Shown here: positions 18,631-27,306 of the stretch, in pieces | Position numbering within the stretch: the stretch's first letter is position 1 | Layout: each line of letters opens with the position of its first letter | NCBI GenBank assembly: GCA_002794465.1 | Contig: MTSL01000134.1 | Location: 15,495 to 47,494 of the forward strand | Length of the DNA stretch: 32,000 nucleotides | From: Paramicrosporidium saccamoebae KSL3 | Lineage: Eukaryota > Fungi > Cryptomycota | Reading direction: 5' to 3' | Program-made: the position numbers and the translations under genes | The notes under the pieces: model-generated | The model's input: only the letters and a program-made list of their open reading frames with translations | Database searches by the model: none | Told to the model about the DNA's origin: nothing

Positions 18631-20130
18631 ATGGGCGACATCTCTCGGCTCCTTCAGCATGTCAACTCGCTCCTCGAGTCTGAGCTGCTGTTGACAGAAG
18701 AGAATTTTGCAGAACGCTGTCGGGATGGAGTGGTGTTCTGGTACTCAGTGTCAGTGTGAGGTTACTAAGAGTAGCAAGCTGATCAACGTGCTGGCGCCTG
18801 GGTCGATACCGACGCGCCTGATTCGGGACTGTAACGACGAGCGACGAAGATATTTCCTAATGTTGGAGAACCAAACGCTGGTGCTCAAGGCTGCAAGAAG
18901 GCTCAACTGCTCATTGGTGAATATTGCGCCATCTGATTTAGTCGAGGGAAAGGTATGGTGGGACTGGTTGGTTCATTCCGGTAGGGAAATCTTTTGCATG
19001 GATTGCTATGGCAGGTAGTGAAGAATGGGATGGTCATAAAGCTGGCCATAGAGTATCCAAAGCCACTGTCTCGAGATAGTGCTTCTTACGAGATCAAAGC
19101 AGATAATGAGCTGGCCGCAGAACATGCCCTCCTCAGATGGATCAACTCTACCCTAGCTACTCCCAATGATCTTGTAACAGACTTTAAAGACTGTCTGAAG
19201 GATTGTCGACAGTACGGACGCTTACTGAACACGCTGTTTCCAACAATGATCGATATTGAGGAATTCACCAATCAAAATCCATTTCAGAGGGCTCCGCTGA
19301 TTGTTTCTGCAGGCAAGTCTATCCTCGGGAACAAGTGCATTTTGGAGGTCAATGATATTCTCAAGGGGAACGAAACGATGAATGTCCTGTTTCTGGCAAC
19401 TCTCTGTCGTCACGTAGCTGAAGAAATGTGCCAAACAGGTTCCATATCTTGTCAGTCGTCGTTCGATGCGTTAATCCCAGTGGAGAATACCGCGGAACTA
19501 GAGGCCAAGATTGCGGCTCTGATGGAAGAAAATGCAGCTTTGCGTCAGAAAGTTTCCGACATGCAAGCTGCTCTTGAAGAGTCGGATATTACTAAAGTCC
19601 CTCTAGAGGCAATTAAAGTGTGTCATGACGAACAGACAAAAAAGACGGAAGCGACGGAAAACGTGCTTGAATATTATGATGAATCCATACGCAATGCTTG
19701 TATGGATGATTCTGTTGCTCTTCGCTATATCTACCTGAGGGCCAAAGATCTGCTTCCCCTCGTTGCACTCCTCTACCCAGACCATTCTGCTCCCTCACTC
19801 ACCAACTCCTGCACCATCTCGGGCCACCTCACCAAAAAATCAGTGTGGGGATCTCGCTGGAACAGCCGATATGCCATCATCAAGGATAACTTTATTCTGT
19901 TCTACAAGGACGAGCACACAGCAAAACCTACCAGTGTAGAGAAGCTGGATGATTGTCTGGTGAGGCGGATGGATGGCATTTGTGCAAAATTCAAGGAGCC
20001 TGTGCTATGTGTGGAGGTCTGCAGTAAAGTTAATCCCCACTACTTTTACATATCCGCAAAAGAGAGCGTCCTGGATGTGTGGAAGGACCACATTACCAAA
20101 GTCTCCTCCTGGTGGGTCTCTCGTTCATAA
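18631..20130 (+). CDS. Fimbrin/plastin-type tandem CH actin-binding domain + coiled coil + PH domain protein, about 477 aa
   Basis: Exons 18631-18740, 18775-18952, 18985-20130 (introns 34 and 32 nt). CRDGVVFCKLIN..PGSI, ENQTLVLKAA..LNCSLVNI..SDLVEG..LLHGLLWQVV, EHALLRWIN, VTDF..CLKD...YGRLLN, GN..MNVLFLATL align to fimbrin ABD1. SGHLTKK..W..RYAIIKDNFILFYKDE is a PH signature. Confidence 0.82.
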
Positions 20131-20134
20131 GAGG

Positions 20135-20233
20135 ATAGTAGAGAAGGCTGGACGTGTGGATCAGTCATCGTGAAAGAGTATAGCAGAGAAGGTTGGACCT
20201 GTGGATCAGCCATTGTGAAAGAGTATAGTAGAG
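20135..20233. repeat. 45-bp tandem duplication (2.2 copies) between the fimbrin-like gene and the tRNA
   Basis: 20135-20179 vs 20180-20224 identical at 40/45 positions, plus a partial third copy. Confidence 0.9.
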
Positions 20234-20352
20234 TAATATAGCATATATATTATATGGATCCGAAATTTTGAAAATGTAGTAACGGAAACTATATCTGCGG
20301 ATTAGTAACCAGTTTATTATTCACTATAAATCCGACATTTATCCAGCATCTG

Positions 20353-20434
20353 GACACTATGGCCGAGTGGTTAAGGCGTGTGACTAGAAATCACATGGGC
20401 TCTGCCCGCGCAGGTTCAAGTCCTGCTGGTGTCG
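20353..20434 (+). tRNA. tRNA-Ser (anticodon AGA)
   Basis: Acceptor stem GACACTA/TGGTGTC, D arm TGGCCGAGTGGTTAAGGCG, anticodon stem TGTGA-CTAGAAA-TCACA, long variable arm, T arm GCAGG-TTCAAGT-CCTGC, discriminator G, 82 nt, followed by an oligo-T terminator at about 20438-20442. Confidence 0.97.
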
Positions 20435-20752
20435 AACTTTTTGCCAATGTGAACATCATTATTAATCTTTGATTTACAAGCGATATAGCCCGGTACGATG
20501 TAGTTTGTTATCACGGACGAAACTGTCGTGGAGTGGGTGCAACTGAACATGAGGGATCTTGACTTTTTATAATGTCGATCACAGTCAATATCTCCTTAGA
20601 TAGCCGTTCTCAACACTGCAGTGCTGTTTGGCACTCAGAAGCACGACCTTTGGTCTGTCCGATAGCGTTCATGTGCATGGTAATCCAAAATAATAGTGCC
20701 GGTGATAAACTGACTTTTAACATGGAACCATCCATCGACAAGGGGTCCCAAA

Positions 20753-21618
20753 ATGGCACCTGGAACAAAGAAGCGCCGTAACCGTCGGGATGAAGGGGCA
20801 CCGACAAAGGTGCGCAAGGAAAAGGATCCAAACCGACCTGTAACACTCGATGCACGTTCTTATTTTTGTAGAAGCAAGTGCCCAAGACGCTAGAGAGCAA
20901 GAGGATCTTTGATACGGACCAACTTATGGATGAGGACACTCTGGCACAAATGGACGCAACGGACGAATTTGCATCCTTTTTTGTCGACGGTGAAACACCA
21001 AAGATACTCATAACCACCACTCGACGCGCTCATATACCAACACACCAGTTTGCTGAAGAATTATCCGACTTTTTCCCCAACGCGGAATACCGGAAACGGC
21101 CTTCGCATGTGCTTGTGAGTGAGGTTGTAAAGGGTGCAGTGGAGCGCTCGTACACCCACATGTTGATAGTCAACGAATCTGAAAAAGTGCCCAATACGCT
21201 GAGCATTGTGAAGCTTCCCGAGGGCCCAACCGCCGTCTTCCAGTTGACATCCATCAAACTCGGCAAACAAATCCACAACCATGGCCGCTCCACCAGTCAC
21301 ACGCCGGAACTCATTCTCAACAACTTTGTCACCAAACTGGGCCACCGAGTGGGACGGTTCTTTGTCTCGCTGTTCCCGCATGTGCCCGAGTTTACCGGTC
21401 GCCAGGCAGTGACCTTTCACAATCAACGTGACTTTATTTTTGTGCGCCGGCATCGATACATTTTTGAGAATGGAGAGAGGGCGAGAATGCAAGAAATCGG
21501 ACCGCAGTTTACCCTAAAGTTGCACAAGATTTACAAGGCGGCTTGCCACTTGCAAAAGGCCGATGTTGAATATGAGTGGAAGCCACACGCTATTAATAGC
21601 AAAAAATTTGCCATCTAG
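20753..21618 (+). CDS. RPF1: Brix-domain 60S biogenesis protein Rpf1, about 277 aa
   Basis: Exon 20753-20839, 32-nt intron 20840-20871, exon 20872-21618. Motifs VPKTLESKR, PKILITT, PELILNNFVTKLGHRVGR, RQAVTFHNQRDFIFVRRHRYIF, QEIGPQFTLKL. Confidence 0.92.
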
Positions 21619-21675
21619 AAGCATACATAACATGATAAATTTCCGATTTATACACCGTTTATTCTTGTGATATCC

Positions 21676-22078
21676 CTGTGACTTTGAGTGAGAGCCATAC
21701 ACTATCAACAGCAAAACCATCTAAGAGCGTGGATAGATTTACGATTTATATAACGCCTACTCACTGCAGTATCTCTGTGATTTTGATTGATAACAACATA
21801 ATATCAACAGCAAAGCCATCTAAGAGCGTGGATAGATTTACGATTTATATAACGCCTACTATTCACTGCGGTATTTCTGTGACTTTGGTTGATAACGACA
21901 TAATATCAATAGCAAAACCACCTGAGAGCGTGAATAAATTTACGATTTATATAGCACCTACTCCTCACTGCAGTATCTCTGTGACTTTGGTTGATAACAA
22001 CATGTTATCAACAGCAAAGCCATCTATAAGCGCGAATAAATTTGCAATTTATATAACGTCTATTCCTCATTACGTTGT
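21676..22078. repeat. Tandem array of four 99-102-bp units between the RPF1 and RPF2 3' ends
   Basis: The CTGTGA anchor recurs at 21676, 21775, 21877 and 21979. Units share ATCAACAGCAAA(A/G)CCATCT and TTTACGATTTATATAAC. Confidence 0.95.
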
Positions 22079-22977
22079 TCCTGTGCCTTTTCCACCCGCG
22101 ACTTTTTCAAAGCCTTCACTTTGCGCACTTGGATTGTGTCAATCTTCTGTTGTCCGACATGGACGCGTCCCAAGGTCTCACCCAGCGCAGTGGTATTGAC
22201 GTTCTTCTCCTTCTTCGGCTTCGCCTCCTTTGGCTGTCTCAGTGCCTGCTTCATCAGCTCTGGGGATGCAAATCGCGTGCGGCCAATGACCCAGTCGATG
22301 GACGGTCCCATCAGCTGCAACTCGATCAACGGCACCTTTGTCCCAGATTTCTTCAAAAAGATGCGGTACACCCGGAAAAGAACCTTGTCTGCAGTGGCGG
22401 TTACAGAGATGACAGATTCTATGCCGGCCAGGTTGACAGAGTCCACAACATGGCCACGGAAAAAGTCGAGCAGCATACTTTGCAGCATTTTATATTCGTC
22501 GCGCTGCTCAAACAGCTCTCCGTTGAACACAAAGGCAGGCTTCATACCAACCGCACACGTAGGACCAGCAATACTCTTGATAGACTGGAAATCCGCGATT
22601 CCGAGCTCAATCATGTCAAGAACATGGTGGTCAAACATTCTTGTAAGTACCAGGTTATCCGGACGCTTCTTGGAGTGCGTCGCCAGCATAACAAACGCAG
22701 CGTCGTTCCTCTGGGAGAAGAATTCTAGAGTAGCCTCACTCTCGCCACCCTCAAAGGGATGCACGGCGTTCTTCTTGAACATCATAAAGGCGTCTGGCTT
22801 CTTGAGGGAGTATAGGTCGGAGAGGGCCTCGTTGACGACGGAAGATGTCTTGGTGCCACGCATAAAGATCGAGCCCTTGACATCTTCGACAATTTTGGAT
22901 TCACGGTCGTCGAGGAAGCGCTTTCCACGGGCAGTTTTAGGTTTTGGCTTTTGCAGAGGGTCCTTGTTCCAAGTCAT
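22060..22977 (-). CDS. RPF2: Brix-domain 60S biogenesis protein Rpf2, 305 aa
   Basis: KPKTARGKRFL..RESKIVE, LYSLKKPDA, KKNAVHPFE, LEFFSQRNDA, HSKKRPDNLVLTRMFDHHVLDMIELG, IELQLMGPSID..IGR. Confidence 0.95.
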   Translation of the reverse strand: MTWNKDPLQKPKPKTARGKRFLDDRESKIVEDVKGSIFMRGTKTSSVVNEALSDLYSLKKPDAFMMFKKNAVHPFEGGESEATLEFFSQRNDAAFVMLATHSKKRPDNLVLTRMFDHHVLDMIELGIADFQSIKSIAGPTCAVGMKPAFVFNGELFEQRDEYKMLQSMLLDFFRGHVVDSVNLAGIESVISVTATADKVLFRVYRIFLKKSGTKVPLIELQLMGPSIDWVIGRTRFASPELMKQALRQPKEAKPKKEKNVNTTALGETLGRVHVGQQKIDTIQVRKVKALKKSRVEKAQEQRNEE

Positions 22978-23124
22978 TTTCGCAGCCCCGGCAGCGCTTG
23001 GATTGTTTAAACTCTCATACTTGGGTGTATACTGATAAACTATTTAATAGATCTGGCATAGCAAAGAGCACATGGATAAAACCCTGTAATATTTAACGGC
23101 CATGTTGTCAGCGAGGACCCCTAC

Positions 23125-23907
23125 ATGTGGGGGAACAGGCCTACTACGAAGGGTGTGGTGGTTGCTTCCGGCTCTAATGAGACTTAGAAGTCGCCAAGAC
23201 ACAGCAGAAGAGTCTAAAGGGCACCTCAAGAGAGCTTGAACGAGATGTGGCTGGTCTAGACCGGGACATGACCAAGCTGGTATACTTGGCGCTGTCATAT
23301 TTACTTGTAGGAAGGGGAAATCCGGGCCGCAGCTAAGCGAGGGGATGAGGCGGGCGCTAGGATCTTGGCAAGGCAGCTTGTCAGAATGCGGGAACAAAAG
23401 ACTCGCCTCCAGGTCGTAAAGGGCCAAGTAAATACGGCTGGATACTCAGTTCAGGTACGCGGGTAGTGTGATGTGAATGCTAATAACCTACAGTCCGCAG
23501 CAAATCAAGCGGTCATGGGAGAGGCACTGGCCAGGACGACGGCGGCGATGGGGACCATGAACCAGCAGATGAGTGTTGGGGCTATGCAGAAAATGGCAAG
23601 TACTTATGAGGCCGAATCTTCCAAGATGGAGATGAAATCGGAAGCCAGTAATGCCAGTCATTTGTTTTAAACAATTAGTGGATGATGTTTATGACTCTCT
23701 CTTTGAAGGGAACGACGATATGGAGGCCAATGTCATGGACCAAATCTATGACGAAATTGGACTCGACATTATGCGAGCGGTATGCAGTTGGTGTTGCTAA
23801 TATATGTATAGGCTCCATCGGCACCGACGCAAATCAAGTCATCCGCCAATATCGTCACGGACGGTGATGTCGAGAAATTTATTCAGTCTCAAATCAGAGA
23901 GACATAA
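23125..23907 (+). CDS. CHMP2B: ESCRT-III CHMP2/Vps2-family protein, CHMP2B-like, about 204 aa
   Basis: Six exons: 23125-23152, 23188-23279, 23311-23454, 23494-23647, 23679-23779, 23812-23907 (615 nt, in frame). ILARQLVRMREQKTR, KMEMKSEAMDDVYDSLF, MDQIYDEIGLD. A possible upstream mini-exon lies at 23072-23085. The 2B versus 2A/Vps2 assignment is tentative. Confidence 0.75.
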
Positions 23908-24107
23908 TTAAACTAGATTCGAGATGTGTATTTTGATTTAATCCTCACCATTACCTTGACCTTCACCCTTGTCATTTCTACTGTTTCCACTTTCGCATTG
24001 TTTATGAGCCATGGTCATGCTATAGACTGATGCGGTTAAACCTCATATCCAGTCCCTCTCTATTGGAGGCCCGCCAGCCAATAGTATCGCTTAAAACCAT
24101 GTTAGTC

Positions 24108-24115
24108 GCGGGAAA
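24108..24115 (-). promoter_or_regulatory. E2F-type site TTTCCCGC, with nearby CCAAT (24078) and TATA-like ATATATAAAGG (about 24137-24147)
   Basis: Exact TTTSSCGC match 120 nt upstream of the YABBY-like gene ATG. Confidence 0.35.
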
Positions 24116-24235
24116 TTAGGCGCTCAATTAGCCGGGATATATAAAGGCTGCTTTGTTTCGAGGGTACCGTATAGTGGAGCAAGCCAACTAGCCGGTCTAG
24201 CCATCCATCACTATCCATAAGCACATCCGACAACA

Positions 24236-24510
24236 ATGGCCAAAGATAAGAAGAGTCCGCGTTCCAAGAAGGAGAAGGGTAAGCTTAATGAGACGGGCTG
24301 ACCTGTAGGAGCCCCCAAGGAGAAGCGTGCCGCCTCCCCCTACAATGTCTTTATGAAGAGCGAGCTTTCCAAGGTGAAAAAGTCCAACCCAAGCCTGAAC
24401 CACAAGGATGCCTTCAAGGCTGCCGCCCAGAACGTAAGGACATGGTCATGGTGCCGGATGCTAATGTGTAGTGGGCATCATCCTCGGAGAACCCCAAGAA
24501 CAAGAAGTAA
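24236..24510 (+). CDS. Small YABBY/HMG-box-like basic protein, 68 aa
   Basis: Exons 24236-24278, 24309-24433, 24472-24510 (introns 30 and 38 nt with GTAAG donors). MAKDKKSPRSKKEKGAPKEKRAASPYNVFMKSELSKVKKSNPSLNHKDAFKAAAQNWASSSENPKNKK matches the YABBY helix-loop-helix [35 protein letters not shown]. Confidence 0.9.
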
Positions 24511-24940
24511 TTCGTACGTACATGTTGGCACGTATATGAGTAGTGTTTTGTTCGTCTAATAAATGACCGAGTTTAAGTTGTTGTGAGCCGTGAAGTATAG
24601 TGCGGCGGGTGGCGGTGGTAGAGGGCGAGGACGGAAAGTTATTGGAGACAGTGATGGCTATTAGGTCCTATGAACCCTCTAATGTTGTGTTCTACTGATC
24701 ATAGAGGGGGGTGTACCAAATGACCGGCGGCCCCTCATATGTGACAGACATTTGATGCAGGTGGACTATTAGTAAAGCGGGCCAACGTAAAACGAGTATT
24801 AACCGAACAACCTCGGTACTATGAACACTGTAGTAAATCGTAGTTGGTATATAGTGATGAAATTTGAAGCTGTCTGTCGTCTTTCGTACTAAAGAGATTT
24901 ATTCAGTGTTATGAGCATCCAGAGGATGGTGAACATTATC

Positions 24941-25028
24941 CAAATTCAAATTCAAATTCAAATTCAACTTCAACTTCAACTTCAAATCCAAGTTGAAATC
25001 CAAACTCAAATTGAAATTGAAATCGAAT
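24941..25028. repeat. Degenerate hexamer microsatellite (CAAATT/CAACTT/GAAATT)n upstream of NOG1
   Basis: (caaatt)4 (caactt)3 followed by diverged copies. Confidence 0.9.
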
Positions 25029-25136
25029 GTCATACATCATAAGCTTGACTCATCTTTAGTATATATCAAATCTACAAGATGGACATTGCGTATATTCAAA
25101 CGAGACCCCGGCCCGACCCTTGCAAAGTTCTTGAGG

Positions 25137-26999
25137 ATGAGCAACCGCTACAGTTTCGGGTCGATCCAGCCGGTGCCCGCGCTGAACGACTTTTTGGACA
25201 TTGTCCTTTCGCGGACCCAACGCAAAACGCCCACCGTAGTGCACAAAGGCTACAACATCGGACGTATCCGCGACTTTTACCTGCGCAAGGTCAAGTTCAC
25301 CCAAGAAACCTTTGACACCAAGCTTGGGGCGATGCTGGAGGAATTCCCACGTCTGGATGACATCCATCCATTCTATGCGGACTTGATGAACATTCTCTAC
25401 GACAAGGACCATTACAAGCTGGCGCTGGGACAGATTAACACGGCCCGTCATCTTATTGAGACGGTGGGCAAGGAGTATGCCAAGCTTATCAAGTTTGGAG
25501 ACTCGCTGTATCGCTGCAAGCAGCTGAAACGTGCGGCGCTAGGCCGTATGGCGACGATTATGAAGCGACAGAAAGACTCGCTGGTGTATTTGGAGCAGGT
25601 CAGACAGCATCTGTCCCGTCTGCCGTGCATTGACCCCAACACCCGCACTCTGCTCATCTGCGGATTCCCGAATGTGGGGAAATCGTCGTTCATGAACAAG
25701 GTGACCCGAGCTGAGGTGGAGGTGCAGCCGTATGCCTTCACGACAAAGTCGCTGTTTGTGGGACACATGGACTACAAATATCTCCGTTGGCAGGTGATTG
25801 ATACGCCGGGAATCCTGGATCACCCCCTGGAGAACCGAAACACTATTGAAATGCAGTCGATTACTGCGTTGGCACATTTGCGTGCCTGTGTAATGTTCTT
25901 CCTCGATGTTTCGCAGACCTGTGGATATTCCATTGCCCAGCAGGTGGCGCTGTTCAACAGCATCAAGCCGCTGTTTGCCAACAAGCCGATTCTGATGGTG
26001 TTGAACAAGATTGACTTGATCCGTCCCGATGATATGGAGGCAGACGACCGGGCCTTGCTGCAGGCTCTTATGGATGAAGGATACGAATTTGCACAGTCCA
26101 GCTGTGTCACTAACGAGGGAGTCATGGATGTGCGCAATCTAGCGTGTGATAAGCTGATGGCCCAGCGAGTGGAACAGAAGATGAAGGGACAAAAGATTGG
26201 CGATGTCTTGAATCGTCTCCATTTGACTACCCCCAAGGTGCGTGATGAGAAGACTCGTCCAGCATTCATCCCCGAAAAGGTACTCAGTCGTCGTGCTGCT
26301 CCTCCAACTGAGCGTCGTCTTGCCCGCGACATTGAAGCTGAGAACGGTGGTGCGGGAGTGTTTAATGTCAACTTGAAGGAGCAATACATGCTACGCAACT
26401 CGGAATGGAACATGGATGACATCCCCGAGCTTCTTAACGGAAAGAACATTGCCGACTTTATTGATCCGGAGATTGAGGAAAAGTTGTTGCGCTTGGAGGC
26501 TGAGGAGGAACAGTTGGAGCAATCAGGTGCTTATGATGAATCGGCCTTCCAGTTGACTCCTGAGGAGATGGAGCTGCGTCAGCTGGCTGGAAAGATCCGC
26601 GATCGCAAACGCATCCTCACCCAGGAGCAGCGTCTACAGAAGAACACGAGTAGCCGTCCAGTACTTGTGCCACGGATTAAGCAACGCAAGCGTGCTGCTG
26701 GCGACAATGATGATCATGAAGATTACGGAATGGAAATTGACACGACGCCGTCAGGAAAGAAACGTGCCGTTTCCAAGGGACGTGCGCTCTCGGTGCCTGC
26801 TCCTCGTGATCGCAGCGTATTGGGACTCCGTGAGGATGGTGGAAAGATGCTGCAGAAGGTGACCAAGATGAAGCGCGTTGCCGAGAAGAGCCGTAACCAA
26901 GATGCTCGGAAGGGAGAGGGTGATCGTCGCATTCTCATGTCCCGGCCGCAACATATGATGTCTGGAAAGCGTGGAAATGGCTCCACGGATCGTCGCTAA
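25137..26999 (+). CDS. NOG1: Nucleolar GTP-binding protein 1, 620 aa
   Basis: ATG 25137 (MSNRYSFGSIQPVP..DFLDIVLSRTQRKTPT). G1 CGFPNVGKSS, YAFTTKSLFVGH, DTPGILD, NKID, C-terminal GKRGNGSTDRR. Confidence 0.97.
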   Translation: MSNRYSFGSIQPVPALNDFLDIVLSRTQRKTPTVVHKGYNIGRIRDFYLRKVKFTQETFDTKLGAMLEEFPRLDDIHPFYADLMNILYDKDHYKLALGQINTARHLIETVGKEYAKLIKFGDSLYRCKQLKRAALGRMATIMKRQKDSLVYLEQVRQHLSRLPCIDPNTRTLLICGFPNVGKSSFMNKVTRAEVEVQPYAFTTKSLFVGHMDYKYLRWQVIDTPGILDHPLENRNTIEMQSITALAHLRACVMFFLDVSQTCGYSIAQQVALFNSIKPLFANKPILMVLNKIDLIRPDDMEADDRALLQALMDEGYEFAQSSCVTNEGVMDVRNLACDKLMAQRVEQKMKGQKIGDVLNRLHLTTPKVRDEKTRPAFIPEKVLSRRAAPPTERRLARDIEAENGGAGVFNVNLKEQYMLRNSEWNMDDIPELLNGKNIADFIDPEIEEKLLRLEAEEEQLEQSGAYDESAFQLTPEEMELRQLAGKIRDRKRILTQEQRLQKNTSSRPVLVPRIKQRKRAAGDNDDHEDYGMEIDTTPSGKKRAVSKGRALSVPAPRDRSVLGLREDGGKMLQKVTKMKRVAEKSRNQDARKGEGDRRILMSRPQHMMSGKRGNGSTDRR

Positions 27000-27159
27000 A
27001 ATGCACGCGTTGTGTATGTTAGAATAGTCTTATATCCGTTTGCTACGTAGAGAAGTATTAAAAATATTGACATCTTTGTGAGATCTGGATACTTGTAGTT
27101 GTCGTATATTAGAGAGTACGTGTTGGATACTATGTTGGAGGATATATTTACCCACTCTT

Positions 27160-27245
27160 CATTCACTATCCACTTACGATCCACTTACTATTCACTCACT
27201 ATTCACTCAATATTCACTATTCACTCACTATTCGCTATTCACTAC
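27160..27245. repeat. Degenerate CTATTCA(CT) microsatellite between the convergent NOG1 and RFX genes
   Basis: ctattcactcactattcactcaatattcactattcactcactattcgctattcact. Confidence 0.8.
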
Positions 27246-27306
27246 TCTCTTACCCTCCCTCACTGTATATAGATTTATTCAACTATTCATATTCAACTCG
27301 TTGCTT

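Noticed and set aside
20455-20735. Possible small minus-strand gene (MDGSMLKVSLSPALLFW...EILTVIDIIKSQDP) faintly reminiscent of an MPN/Abraxas N-terminus
   Set aside because: It needs a 39-nt intron with an atypical GAG acceptor, the product is only about 62 aa, and the similarity is too weak to support.
21676-22078. CRISPR-like array
   Set aside because: The units are homologous over their full length with no unique spacers, and the context is eukaryotic with no cas genes.
22075-23035. Long plus-strand ORFs (217 and 304 aa) opposite RPF2
   Set aside because: Antisense shadows of a conserved, codon-biased gene, with no recognisable motifs. The same applies to shadows over NOG1, STT3 and YTM1.
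24854-24940. Box C/D snoRNA (GTGATGA box C at about 24854)
   Set aside because: No CTGA box D within the following sequence and no terminal stem.
24993-25136. N-terminal extension of NOG1 given by the ORF track
   Set aside because: It starts at TTG inside the microsatellite; homology begins at ATG 25137.
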